Assembly: GCA_951406725.2 (NCBI GenBank)
Contig: OX597838.1
Span: 27,528,001-27,592,000, forward strand
Length of the DNA: 64,000 nt
Origin: Octopus vulgaris
Taxonomy: Eukaryota
Reading direction: 5' to 3'
Numbering within the stretch: the first letter of the stretch is position 1; the number at the start of each line of letters is the position of its first letter. A program made the position numbers and the translations under genes. Of this stretch, positions 49,377-64,000 are shown in pieces. The notes under the pieces are model-generated. The model saw only the letters and a program-made list of their open reading frames with translations. It ran no database searches and was not told where the DNA came from.

Positions 49377-49488
49377 TTTTCTACTTTCTATACAATCCTG
49401 GAATCAAACGGCCATGATGGTTTGATAAGTAAGCACCTTGGCTTTATCTTATCTATCATTGTTATGTCCAGTCTATTATCGTCTAACT

Positions 49489-49566
<78 letters not shown>

Positions 49567-49913
49567 CTCGAACCGATCGTGACCGATGCCGGACCCCCCG
49601 GCCCCTGTGCAGGTGGCACGTAAAAAGCACCCAATCCACTCACGGAGTGGTTGGCGTTAGGAAGGGCATCCAGCCGTAGAAACTCTGCCAGAATCAGACT
49701 GGAGCCTGGAGCGGCCCCTGGCTTCCCAGACCCCGGTCGAACCGTCCAACCCGTGCTAGCACGGAAAACGGACGTTAAACGATGATGATGATGATGATGA
49801 TGATGATATATATATACACACGTGTGTATGTACATATATATCCACGAGTACATACATATGTATATATCATGTATATGCATACACACGCACATACATGCAA
49901 ACATATGTATATA

Positions 49914-49947
<34 letters not shown>

Positions 49948-50930
49948 ATAAGCTGTATGTTCTAAACAATAATCTGTTGGTAGCAGTCGTCCGTTTCTTA
50001 TATCTTCGTGTGAGAGGTTAGCATGTGTTGGGCAGCTGATCTTGACAACACTGCTGAGGTTTAATGCTGTCCTTTCTCCACCCATACCTGGAGGACAAAC
50101 ATCAGCTCCCATGTGTGTGTGTGTGTAGACGATATTTTCATTGGAATGCTTTACCAACAATATTTCTAAATTGTTGGATACATTCAGTTGTAGCCATGGT
50201 AACGTCAGATATTAATTATTCCACAAGGGCAATTATTGCGACAGATGGTTTCATACATACATGATTATATATGTACAGACACACAACCACACACATAAAT
50301 ACAAATACAGTGTTGCTTTTCCATCATTTCTCATAGAAACATGCTATCTCACTGATCATGTTTTGTAAAAGCATATGATATGCTTGAGAAGACCTGTTGA
50401 GTCAAGTAAGACCAATATCGTAGCTGTGACCAGTGACCCCTGACCGGCTTCCATGCTGGTGACATGTAAAAAGCACCATCCATATGTGGTTGATGCCAGC
50501 TCCACTGAACTGGCCCCTGTGCCAGTGGCACATAAAAAGCACTATCCAAACATGATCAATGTGAGACCCACCTGACTTGCTCCTGTGCCAGTGGCACATA
50601 AAAAGCACACACTACACTCTCAGAGTGGTAGGCGTCAGGAAAGGCATCCATCTGTAGAAACATTGCCAGATCAGATTGGAGCCTGGTGCAGCCTCCTGGC
50701 TTGCCAGTCCCCAGTCAAACTGTCCAACCCATGCTAGCATGGAAAATGGACGCTAAAGGATGATGATTGTCCATTTGAATAGGAAAAATCCCACAGAATC
50801 TTACATTTCGCCAACCCCAGTACCCTTTCAACTCAATGATTACACCATGTGTTTCCAGTTTCTGGCAAAGTTTCTAGCGTAAAACCTTTACCACCTGGTC
50901 AAGCTTCCATTTCTTATATTCTTCCTGTGC

Positions 50931-50932
<2 letters not shown>
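49049..50932 (-). mobile_element. R4/Dong-clade (restriction-like endonuclease) non-LTR fragment, split by nested insertions
   Basis: 50932-50769: AQEEYKK..DQVVKVL..LCQK / KILWDF / PIQMD. 49490-49400: KLDDNRLDITMIDK..CLLI...PFDSRI. 49340-49148: LKFEIRRIW / GALRTVSKDIDKWL..LQKVSVFGTARIIRRV*. (TAA)n on both sides. Confidence 0.85.
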
Positions 50933-50997
<65 letters not shown>

Positions 50998-51019
50998 AAT
51001 AATTAATAATAATAATAAT

Positions 51020-53420
51020 GCAGCAGCAAGCTGGCAGAATCGTTAGCATGCTGGGCAAAATGCTTAGCGGCATTCCATCTGTCTGCACTTTCTGAGATCA
51101 GATTCTGCTGAGGTCAATTTTGCCTTTCATCCTTTCAGGGTTGATAAATTAAGTACGAGTTGAGTACTGGGGGGGTTGATGTAATCGAATTAAACACCTC
51201 CCCAAACATTTGAGGCCTTGTGCCTATAGTAGAAAGGATTATGATTATTATTATTATTATTATTATTATTACTACTACTACTACTACTAAGTTGGTGTTC
51301 TTGCAGAATCATTGGCACACATTTCAAATTGCTTAACAACACTTTGTCCGTCTTTATGTTCTGAGTTCAATCTCTGCTGAAGTCGAATCTGCCTTTCTTA
51401 TGTTCAGGCTCAATAAAATAAGTTCCAATCGGATGCTGGTGGTGGTGGTGAGGGGGGTGTCAATGTAATTGACTTACCCCCTCCCCAAAATTGCTGGCCT
51501 TGTGCCAAAATTTGAAAGCATTAGGGATGGCAGAGTAATTCAGCATCTTTGCATGAGGTTTACCCAGAATTACCCTAAGTGGACTGCTTTGCTATCAGGA
51601 GGTTCTAATTATTTACCTATTATTTCCCTAATTTCTGTTATCCCTCTTTTACATTCCTCAATGTGCTTAGTATCTCCCTTTGACTAATGCAAACCCCACT
51701 TTTTTTTTTTTTTTTTGTGTATGCTGTAACCCATCCTTCGACATTGTCCTCCATATCTTGGGCGCTTGTGGCCTTCAAAAAGAAATCATTTTTATTATTG
51801 TTTTGGCACACTCAGCAAAATACTTAGTGGTGTTTCGCTTGTCGTTATGTTCTGAGTTCAGTTTCTGTTGAAATCAGCTTTGCCTTTCATCCTTTCGGGG
51901 TCAATAAATTAAATACCAGTGATACTCTGTGGTCGATGTTATCAATTCATCCCCTCCCTCCAAAAATTGGCTGCCCTTGTGGCAAAATTTGGAACGACTA
52001 TTATGATTACCTCCACCTTACCGAAGGCGGAGGTATTGTTTTCAGTCGCATTTGTTTGTTTGTCCATGGATAAGATATCTCAAGAACCGCTGGATGGATT
52101 CGAATGCAACTTTCAGGGATATTTGGCCTCATGACTGACACAAACTGATCAGATTTTGGGGCCGATCCGGTACTGGACAAAGATTCTGGATTACTTTTCC
52201 TGTTTTTTTTTACTTAATTTTTGAGAGCAGTCGGGTTCATTTTCAGTATTCTCGTTTGTGAGAGCTGTCGAGTTTATTTCAGATATTCTCATTTTAAAAA
52301 TCATCTCCGGCTAATCATTGAGAGGGCGTTGGTGTTGCCTTGGCGGAGGTTTGCACTCTCTGAGTGCTCATATTATTAGGTCGAGGTCAACTTTACCTTT
52401 CATCCTTTCGGGGTTGATAAAATAAGTACCAGTCTTGTACTGGGGGTCGATGTATCAGCTAATCCCCTTCCCACCAAATTTCAGGCCTTGTGCCTATAGT
52501 AGAAAGGGTTATTATTATTTAAGGTGGTGAACTGGCAGAATCATTAGTGCGCTGGATGAAATGCTTAACAGTATTTCACCCATCGCTACGTTCTGAGTTC
52601 AAATCCCACCAAGGTCGACTTTGCCTTTCATCCTTTCGGGGTCAATAAATTAAGTACCAGTTACGTACAGGGGTCGATATAATCGACTTAATCCGTTTGT
52701 CTGTCCTTGTTTGTCCCCTCTTTGTTTAGCCCCTTGTGGGTAGTAAAGAAATAGGTATTTCGCCCATTGCTACGTTCTGAGTTCAAATCCCACCAAGGTC
52801 GACTTTGCCTTTCATCTTTTTGGGATTGATAAAATAAGTACCAGTGAAACACTGGGGTCGATGTAATCGATTCATCCCCTCCCCCCAAAATTGCTGCCCT
52901 TGGGGCAAAATTTGAAACCATTATTATTATCATTATTATTATTATTATTATTTAAGGCGCTGACATGGCAGAATCATTAGCACACTGGACAAAATGCTTA
53001 GCAGCATTTCACCCATCGCTACATACCGAGTTCAAATTCTCCCGAGGTCAACTTTACCTTTCATCCTTTCAGGGGTCAATAAATTAAATACCAGTGAGAC
53101 ACTGGGGTCGATGTAATCGACCTAGTCTCTCCTTCACCAAAATGGATGCCCTTGTGGCAGAATTTGAAACCATTATTAAGGTGTTGAGCTGGCAGAATCC
53201 TTTACAGCACCAGGCAAAATGCTTGGCAGCATTTTCACCTGTCTTTCAAATTCTGAGTTCAAATTCTGCCTATGTCCGACTTTGCCTTGCATCCTTAAGG
53301 GGTCAGTGAAATAATTACCAGTTGAGCACTGGGGTCGATGTAATCAACTAGGACCCCCACCTCCACCCCATCCCAAACTTGCTGGCCTTGTGCCAAAATT
53401 TGAAACCATTATTATTATTA
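51020..53420 (+). mobile_element. Cluster of about 8 head-to-tail SINE family B copies with (ATT)n spacers
   Basis: Repeated family B motifs, all in the same orientation. Confidence 0.85.
52007..52368 (+). mobile_element. Helentron-associated non-autonomous element (HINE/DINE-1-like architecture)
   Basis: 5' subTIR ACCTCCACC with nearby inverted copy GGCGGAGGT, a (GTTT)n tract, 3' subTIR GGCGGAGGT and terminal stem-loop GCACTC-TCT-GAGTGC. Confidence 0.75.
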
Positions 53421-53832
53421 CTCTCTTTACTCTTTTACTTGTTTCAGTCATTTGACTGCGGCCATGCTGGAGCACCGCCTTTAGTCGAGGAACTCGACCC
53501 CGGGACTTATTCTTTTTTGTAAGCCCAGTACTTATTCTATCAGTCTCTTTTTGCCGAACCGCTAAGTGACGGGGACGTAAACACACCAGCATCGGTCGTC
53601 AAGCAATGCTAGGGGAACAAACACAGACACACGAACACACACACATACATATATATATATACATATATACGACAGGCTTCTTTCAGTTTCCGTCTACCAA
53701 ATCCACTCACAAGGCATTGGTCGGCCCGGCGCTATAGCAGAAGACACTTGCCCAAGATGCCACGCAGTGGGACTGAACCCGGAACCATGTGGTTGGTTAG
53801 CAAGCTACTTACCACACAGCCACTCCTGCGCC
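53421..53832 (-). mobile_element. Full-length SINE family A inserted in (ATT)n
   Basis: Reverse-complement match to family A. Confidence 0.9.
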
Positions 53833-53887
<55 letters not shown>

Positions 53888-54090
53888 GTTGTTGTTGTTT
53901 TACAATTCAATGGAGAAATATAGAAGTATAGAAACAGTAACTGGTTCAACATACAATCGTCGGCCAGGAAGTAAGTGCTCTATATTTACTAACTGAGCAG
54001 ATCTATAATTTGGTGGTGGTGGTGATGGTCGGTGGTGTGATAATGTAGCCAACGATGGAGATAATGGTGGTGGCAGTGGTGGTCGTTGTC

Positions 54091-54126
<36 letters not shown>

Positions 54127-55023
54127 TTGTCGGTGGTTATTGTAATGATTGGGCAGAATCAGCTTAGTGTTGGAGATGTTGGTGGTTATGATGATGACAA
54201 GACTGGTGAATAAGAGGTTGTGGTGGTGGTGGTGGTGGTAATAGTAGCAATGGTAGTGGTGGTGGTGTTGGTGGTGAGAGGAGAGACAATGACTTACAGC
54301 TATGAATTGTTATTGGTAGTGGTAGTAGCAGCAGTAGTAGTAGTAGTAGTAACCTTATTGGTTGTAAATTTACTGCTTGAGTGAAAGTAGCTTGGTGGTG
54401 GTGGTGGTGGTGGTGGTGGTGGTGGTGGCCCTTGTTGGTGGTTACGGTTGAGTGGACTTGTGTGGGAAGGGTGGGTGGGTGACACACACACATATATGTT
54501 GTATGTGTGTGTGTGTGTGTGTGTGTGTACTAGTCCAGTAAATACATGTGAGTACCACTACTTCCTCCAACACCATCGCGGCCACCACCACTGACTAACC
54601 ATCGCTGCTGCTGCTGCTGTTGTTGCTGCAGTAGTACAGTGACGGCAGCAGGGGGGAAAGGGTGAGGGAGTAGGAGAGGACAGCAGCGGTGGTGGTGGTG
54701 GTGGTGGTGGTCATAGTATTGTTCCTGGTAGTAATAGTAGTACTAGTAGTGACAGCAAGTGCTAGTAGTAATAGTAGCGGCTGTAACAGCAGCAGCAGCA
54801 TCAGTGGTGCTCTGTCACTAACCCCTTTGCTCAATAGACCACATAAACATACATACATCTATTCAGACACATACACACATCTATCTATATATATATATAT
54901 ACCCACACATACACACACACATATGTGTGTATATGCACTGCTGCTGCAAGCTGTTAACCATCAAACCATCGTTACCGTAACAGAGATGCATACCATGTTG
55001 CACTTCCGTTCTCTTTTTCGCAG

Positions 55024-55065
55024 GTGGACTTTACTCCTTTAAATGTCCCGGGTCTGTCAAGCTAA
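55024..55065 (+). other. Candidate small exon (unassigned)
   Basis: Strong acceptor TTCCGTTCTCTTTTTCGCAG|G in a unique CpG-retaining island; phase-0 reading is VDFTPLNVPGLSS*. Confidence 0.25.
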
Positions 55066-55379
55066 TTCGGAGACGTACTGAGTGCCTCCCCTTATTTTTA
55101 TCTTTTATAAATTTTTTATAATTTTTTTTTTTTTAATGACATTTTATTAGGCGGGGGTAGTTTTACTGTTTATAAAATATTTTGTTTGTGTTTTATATCA
55201 AAGAGGACGTGTACATACATACATACATATATATACATACATACATACATACATATATATATATATGATGTTATATTTTTAAAGAAAACAGTTGTTTTTT
55301 TGGAGCTAAAACAGTCCTAGCTGGAGCTTATTTTTATTGTTCTTGTCATTGCTGTGGTTTAAAACGGATATCTTTGTAT

Positions 55380-55410
<31 letters not shown>

Positions 55411-56388
55411 AATATATGTGTAATAAACATCTGCATACATGCATTAAAATCAACAACATCAGCATCATCATTATCAACATCAACATTGATTCCTCATGGA
55501 AGACGAAACCGTCTTCAGTAACAACATAACCGCTCTTTTATATTTCATGGATGGATTAAGGTCAGTTCAAAAATCCTGTAAACTTATCATTATTATTATT
55601 ATTATTATTATAATTATTATTTTATTTGTATGCCACTACTGCAGTTTAGTACTACAAAACATGATATATCATTTTTATTTTAGTAACCCTTTGCACCACC
55701 ACCCAGCAGCGCCTTTTGCCACCACCACCACCAACCCTGGACCACACCCCTTTTCATGCTACCTGAAGCCCCTTTATCAGCACTGCATTAAACCACAGCA
55801 TGTCTCTTTGTGCCCTTTTCCTTCTGTTTGTCTGTCCCTTCCTAGGTCTCTCTCTCTCTCTCTCCCTCTGTCATTCCCTCTCTTTGGTATAACACCTTTC
55901 CTTTAACTGTTTCATTATCATTTCATGTTAATAAATATATGTGCATGCGTGTGTATGTACACGTGTGTGTGTGTCAAATCTCTGTAGTTATTTAGCCCAG
56001 GGTTCAGTGCTGATTGGGTAGATCCATGATGAGAGACATTCCTATTAGAACCATCCCCCAACACTAAGACTACGCAAACTAATGTGTCCTTCCTCTTCTT
56101 GAGACAGTAGGGTTTCAGAACTTATAGAACATTAGCTGCTATTTCTAAAAAAAATTATGTGACCATTTAGCTGTTCTTCAATGATTTGAACCTGTATAGG
56201 TTTTATACTTTAATGCTAACAGTGTCTAGTTTGTTGCCTCTCAATGTGTCATATATACTACATATGTATATACACTCAAATCATATATATATATATATAT
56301 ATATATGCATACACACAAACAAGCACACATGTATATACACACAAGTCATATATATATATATGCGCACACACATATACACACAAATCAA

Positions 56389-56442
<54 letters not shown>

Positions 56443-57353
56443 GTACACAAATCAAATTATATATATATACATACACACATGCACAAACACATGTATATAT
56501 ACAAATCAAATAATATATATATATACACCTATGCATACATATACACATGTATATATATATGGGTGTAGAAACATTACTTCTCACTGCTGTGGGTTCAGAT
56601 ATAGTCAGGGTTGATGAGTCATTACATACCAGTAATATACTGCGGAAAGGCCATAAATTAAAGCAGTCCACTTCATTTCATGTCAAAGCATCAATTAGCA
56701 TTATTCATATCAGAATGAACAAAAGTTGACTTCTGTCCTTTCGGGGTTGATAAAATAAAGTACCAGTCGATCGCTAGGCTCCGTGTAACTGACTCATTGC
56801 TCACCTTGTCCCAAAATTTGAAACTATCATTATTATTATTATTATTATTGAAATGTGGTGGATTGCCTGAATTATTGGAACGTCAGGGGGGGGGAAAAAA
56901 TTGCCTTACTGCATTTGTTTAAATCCAGCTGATGTCAGCTTTGTCCTTGTCCTTTCAGACGTCAATAAAAACCGGGTACCAGTCAAGCACCGAGGGTCAG
57001 TGTAATCAACTAGATCCCTCTCCCCAACGCCCACAAAACATTGCTGGCTTTGTGCCAAAATTTGAAAACCACTATTGTTGTTGCTGTTGTTGTTGTTGTT
57101 ATAAGGTGACAAGGTGGCAGAAATTTTGACACACTGGAAAAAGTGCTTAGTGTCACTTCTTCCAATTTTACATTCCAAGTTCAAGTGCTGCCGAGGTCAA
57201 CTTTGGTTTTCTCCCTTTGGGTGGAGGGGGTCAATAAAATAAGTACAAGTAGAGCACTGGGCTCTGTGCAATCAACTAGCCCCTTCCCTCTTCCCCCCAA
57301 ATTTTCCCTCTTCCCCCCCAAATTTCAGTTTTTGTGCTTATAGCAGAAAGGAA

Positions 57354-57390
<37 letters not shown>

Positions 57391-58045
57391 GTTATCACTG
57401 CTGCTGCTACTACTACTACTACTGCAAGGGTGTTGGCTAGTTGAGTTGGTAGAGCACCACTGAAGATATTGTGTGTTGTTCAGTTATGGCCCTTTGCAAA
57501 TCACGCCAGGCTCTACTTATACTTTTCGTTCTTTCCAGAGTTCAATGACCTCTTTCCATTAGCCGTGGATTGACCCTTTCCTACTAGCTAACCCCTTCCA
57601 TGTAACTGCACCCACCACAAAAAACCTAAAAAAAAACAAAAAAAACAAACAAATATATACAACCCAACATGTATGGCCTTCTGCCCTAGTTAGAAACGTT
57701 TCTTAGGGCTGAGCCCCAGACAAAATGCTTTGCAGTAATTAATTACAGCCCTGTTGTTTCTTCAAATCCAGGTGGTGTCAGATTTTGGGGTTTATTTTTC
57801 CTTTCCAGGAGGTTGATTTCATTGACTTTGCCGGCCGCTTCTAAGACCAAAACCTGTTGTATTACACCTATAGCTACTACTACTACTGCTACCGCTGCTT
57901 CACTACACTAAATTTCATTAATAATTTAATATTTCTGTGTGTCTCTGTGTGTATATATATATATGCATATATGCTATACCCTTGAGTTTACACATCCAGA
58001 CATGTCTTTATTCTTTCTGCCCCATCATCCTTTATTTTTTCTTTG

Positions 58046-58113
<68 letters not shown>

Positions 58114-58190
58114 CATCATCATCGTTTTTTCTCTTTGATTGTATATCATCATCATATATATTTATAACCATCATCATCATCATTTAACAT

Positions 58191-58266
<76 letters not shown>

Positions 58267-58605
58267 CATACATGCATATACACACATAACGTGTATACAT
58301 TTGTATGTGCTTCTATGTATACACAGACATCGACATATATGTATGTGCATAGTACATACACCTATGTCTATACATAGCCGCATACATAAACACACACACA
58401 CACACACAGGCTCTCACATACACAGAACCGTATATATTGGTTATTCAGCAGAACTACCAAAACACAGCCAAAGACAAATAGTATTTCCCATTGACGTAAC
58501 TGACCAGGGCCATTCTTGTAGTAGCCGAGTAACTGTCGTATCAGCACCACCCCAGTCACGCATACATATGTGCATGTATTTCTATATATATATATATATA
58601 TATAG

Positions 58606-59016
58606 ACTCTTTTACTTGTTTCAGTCATTTGACTGCGGCCATGCTGGAGCACCGCCTTTTAATCGAGCAACTCGACCCCCGGGACTTATTCTTTTGTAAG
58701 CCCAGTACTTATTCTATCTATCGGTCTCTTTTGCCGAACCGCTAAGTGACGGGGGACATAAACACACCAGCATCGGTTGTCAAGCAATGCTAGGGGGGGG
58801 ACAAACACAGACACACAAACACACACACACGCACAATCATATATACACATATACGACGGGCTTCTTTCAGTTTCCGTCTACCAAATCCACTCACAAGGCT
58901 TTGGTCGGCCCGAGGCTATAGTAGAAGACACTTGCCCAAGGTGCCGCGCAGTGGGACTGAACCCGGAACCATGTGGTTGGTAAACAAGCTACTTACCACA
59001 CAGCCACTCTTGCGCC
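58606..59016 (-). mobile_element. Full-length SINE family A
   Basis: Reverse-complement match to family A. Confidence 0.9.
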
Positions 59017-59808
59017 TATATATATATATATATATATATGTATATGTATATGTATATGTATATATACATACATACATACATACACATACACACACCATGT
59101 ACCTGTTTCAGCTCCTTTCTGTACGATATTAGAATATCTCTTAATCTTCTTACTGCGGATATGTGACTGCGGAACAAATCTCTCTCTCTCTTTCTTTCTC
59201 ACTCTCTCTCTCTCTCTTTCTTATTCTTTCTCTCTCTCTCCACAAGTCTTGCCTTGTAGACTTCTATCATTTCAGCATCATTACTTTATTACTTGCTTCT
59301 CTCGTATTATGAATGAATGAATGGATGAATGAATGAAATGTGTGTGTATGTGAATTTGTGTTCAAGTGTATATACTTGACTGTGTGTATGTGACACATCT
59401 TTATGCTTATATGTTTGTGTGTGTATATATTGGGTAACACATTTCTGCATGTATTTATTTTTGTGTATGTGTGTATATATATATATATATATTGCACATA
59501 TGTAGTTATGTGTGTGTTGAGTGTATTCTTCAGTGTGTATATATGTCACTTGTTTATGCATGGGTGCATGTGTGTGTGTGTGTGTGGGTGTGTAAAATTT
59601 ATATATAGTTTTTATGTGTGTATGTATGATTTTGTTTGAGTGTATATTTCGTGTGCCTCATGTTTATGTAAGTATATGTGTATACATATTGTATGTATTT
59701 GTGTGTGTTTGTATGAATTAGTCTTTGAGTGTATATATGTCACATGTTTCTGCATGTATCTCTATATGTAAGTGTAGTCATGTACCTAAGTGTTTACATT
59801 TGTGTGTG

Positions 59809-59842
<34 letters not shown>

Positions 59843-59858
59843 TATGTATGTATGCAAT

Positions 59859-59927
59859 GGCAGTGCCCCAGCATGGCCACAGCTCGTGAGCTGAAACTAG
59901 ATAAAATAAATAAAAAAATAATAAAAA
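59859..59927 (+). mobile_element. Extreme 3' end of a CR1/L2-group LINE; second copy at 62696-62729 (-)
   Basis: GTGCCCCAGCATGGCCACAGCTCGTGAGCTGAAAC plus an A-rich tail. Confidence 0.6.
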
Positions 59928-60259
59928 TGTATTGTATACACACACATCTATTTGCATGTGTTATATATAAATACATCTATCCAACCATGTACATGTGTGC
60001 GTGTGTGTATATTTGTTTGTGTGTGTGTATGTGTGTGTGTGTGTGTGTGTTTGTATATGCTTGCTTGTGTGTGCATGTCTTCACATGTGTGCTTAATGTG
60101 TGTACACATTAGAAAATATGCGTTAGTTTGTTAATATCTTGTAACTTAAAAACCAATCTTGTATTTCTCGATGCCACGAGGAAGCTATTGGGGGAGGAAG
60201 AAAAAACAAGAATTGTGTCTGTCAGTTTTATGTATATACACATATATATATATATACAT

Positions 60260-60306
<47 letters not shown>

Positions 60307-60349
60307 TACATATATATATATATACACATACATATATATATATACACAT

Positions 60350-60405
<56 letters not shown>

Positions 60406-60446
60406 CATATGTATATATATATATATATGTATACATATATATATAT

Positions 60447-60571
<125 letters not shown>

Positions 60572-61459
60572 CTTCCATTATAACATTAATCAATCTTGTT
60601 TTTCAGACTGCTTGTCTGTCTCTACCCTCCTCTTTTTTAATATGATTTGGCACGAATCTTCATTACTCTCACAGATCAATCCATTATTAGCCGTTATGCA
60701 GATTTATCATCATCATCATCATCATCATCATCATTATCATTATTATTATTGTTATTATTGTTATTATTATTATTATTATTATTATTGTTATTATTATTAT
60801 TATTATTATTGTTGTATTGCTATCCTATGCTCGCAGAGTCTTCTTATCTTGGTCAGTTGTTTCATCTTCTTCTTCTCCTCTCCTCGGTGTCTTCAACTCG
60901 CTTCACAAGGTCAAGCAAGTGTGATATCCATTGATTTATTTATTGTGTGGTGGCCGTGGCTATTATTATATCAGGTAGTATGTGTAACGATCTATTTATA
61001 TACACAAACACACCCACACATACACACACACATATGCACGTATACACACGCTTGTGTGTATGTGTGTGTGTGTGGTGTGCCTCTTGCAAAGTTATTTTGA
61101 TATGGAAGCCACCGCCAGCAGCCCCATCGCGGCGATTGACGTCATCACCATCGTGGTCGTCGTCATTGATGCCATCACCGTTTTTTACTACCAATATGCA
61201 ATCGATCACCATCATTATAATTGTCACCATCATCATCATCATCATTATCATTAGTCTGGGTAATTAAATTCTTGGACAGTCCAGATAGCATCCCTCTTCC
61301 CTTGAACTTGGTAAATAATCATTTTGTTTGGTCTTCCATAGTTTGTCTTCTTCATTGCTATTATTACTGCTGCTATTACAACTACTACTACTACTACTAC
61401 TACCACCACCGCCTTGCTAACACTATCATTAGCATTTTTACTGTTAGAATAGTCTTTTC

Positions 61460-62137
<678 letters not shown>

Positions 62138-62352
62138 CAACAACAAGCCTATATATATCAACTTCGTTTGTATTAATTTTAGAAATAACGATGAATTTAG
62201 TTGAGTAAACTTGTCGTCATTCAGCTGATGTTAGGAATATGAATGAGAATGGAATTTTCATGGCAGGTTTGGAAGTAGAATGTTTCTATTATAGAACTCG
62301 GGAGCAGTTTCAGGCAGGTTAATATCAAACAGGAAAATAGAATTCAAAATAT

Positions 62353-62427
<75 letters not shown>

Positions 62428-62430
<3 letters not shown>

Positions 62431-62650
62431 CTTTACTACCCACAAGGGGCTAAACACAGAGGGGACAAGCAAGGACAGACTAAGGGATTAAGTCGATTAC
62501 ATCGACCCCGGTGCGTAACTGGTACTTAATTTATCGACCCCGAAAGGATGAAAGGCAAAATCGACCTCGGCGGAATTTGAACTCGGAACGTAACGACAGA
62601 CGAAATACGGCTACGAATTTCGCCCGGTGTGCTAACGTCTCTACCAGCTC

Positions 62651-62653
<3 letters not shown>
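62428..62653 (-). mobile_element. SINE family B (AATAAA-tail subtype) in (AT)n
   Basis: Reverse-complement match to 45852-46102. Confidence 0.88.
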
Positions 62654-62691
<38 letters not shown>

Positions 62692-63540
62692 TTTCTCAGC
62701 TCACGAGCTGTGGCCATGCTGGGGCACCGTCATTTCACTCTGGCTATGCTGGAGCAGTGCCTTGAGGGGTTTCAGTCGAATAAATCAACTCCAGGACTTA
62801 TTTTTTGAGCCTTGTACTTATTCTATCAGTCTCTTTTACTGAACCACTAAGTTATGGGAGACAAATACTATCACCAGTTGTCAAGTGGTGACGGGGCGAG
62901 TCAAAACACAAGCACAAACACACACACACACATATAGATATATATACATACATACATACACACATACACACATATATATATATACATACATACGCACACA
63001 CATATAGATATATACATACATACGCACACACATGCACACACACACATATATGTACATGATGGGCTTCTATCAAATCCACCCACAAGGCTTTGGTTGGACC
63101 AAGGCTATAGTAGATGATACAGTGAGACTGAACCTGGAACTATGTGGTTGGGAAACAAGCTTCTTACCCCTCAGCCGCTCCCAAGGATTCATTAGAATCT
63201 AGGCACATCAACATGCAGGATGCCAGAAATGGCTAGGCATGATAACATAGAATTCACAGTGAGGTAAACAACATTGAAGACATGCCATAGATATGCAAGT
63301 ACCAAATCCAATTTAAACAGTAGAGCCACCTCTGTTGTGGGTCCTTGGTGTGGCTTAGATGTGTTTACTTGTGGGTGTGTGTGCATATTTTGCATTAAAT
63401 GAAGAATTAGTGATGAGTTTAAAGTCTATAAATAATAATTGGGACATGTATGCCCTAGGGTTTATATGCCCCAATATTAGATCATTTCCTATTGCCAATA
63501 CATGGTGGACTCTTATGAGCTTATAATTACTTTTACAGAA

Positions 63541-64000
63541 TGGCATTCAAAGTTACCCCAACTGCAGAACGGGGTGCTACTACATGGTGCCAAAGATTCC
63601 AACATCACCATCAAATACAGGACCAAATACTGCAACAGCTTGGGTTTCAGAGGACCACAGCTCTTTAACATCTTCCCTAAATGCCTGAGAGAATTGCATG
63701 GTGTGGATGTGGGTTTCTTTAAAACTAAACTGGATCTCTTCTTGTCGGGGGTCCCAGATGAACCTACCTCACAACAGGAGACACAGATGCGGGCAGCGGC
63801 ATCGAACTCCCTTGTTGACCAAGTGCCACGTATCAGAGGTGGATTCACATATTAGTGTAGCTCATTCAGTGGTGGTGCCCCATGACAGGAGACACAGATG
63901 CGGGCAGCAGCATCGAACTTCCTTGTTGACCAAGTGCCACGTATCAGAGGTAGATTCACATATTAGTGTAGCTCATTCAGCGGTGATGCCCCACGACAGG
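63541..64000 (+). mobile_element. CR1/L2-group LINE 3' fragment whose last 111 bp are tandemly repeated
   Basis: KYCNSLGFRGPQLFNIFPK..FKTKLDLFLSGVPDEP..SNSL aligns with the C-terminus of the 19548 ORF ([30 protein letters not shown]); repeat units start at 63774, 63885 and 63996. Confidence 0.85.

Overview
This is AT-rich, microsatellite-saturated animal DNA. Its tRNA-derived SINE families match, from my recall rather than a database search, those of Octopus/coleoid cephalopods. I can identify no host protein-coding gene; almost every ORF in the track is a translation of (AT)n, (AC)n, (CT)n, (TCTA)n or SINE sequence. The window is probably intergenic or the interior of a very large intron, with a few weak + strand exon candidates. 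Supported content: (1) dozens of SINE copies in about six families, which I label A-F; (2) truncated non-LTR retrotransposons of several clades, namely two CR1/L2-group RT fragments, an RTE 3' end with three C2H2 fingers, a split R4/Dong restriction-like-endonuclease fragment and probable Tx1-type 3' ends; (3) a hAT MITE, a Helentron-type non-autonomous element and a 5S rRNA pseudogene. The main hidden signal is at least nine minimal or variant type-I hammerhead ribozyme motifs in several distinct short elements inserted in (AT)n or (ATT)n tracts. They include a 353-bp retrozyme-like unit with identical 75-bp terminal repeats (22204-22631) and a tRNA-headed SINE-like element ending in a hammerhead (6426-6707). 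All folds and alignments were done by eye, and boundaries of diverged repeats are approximate.
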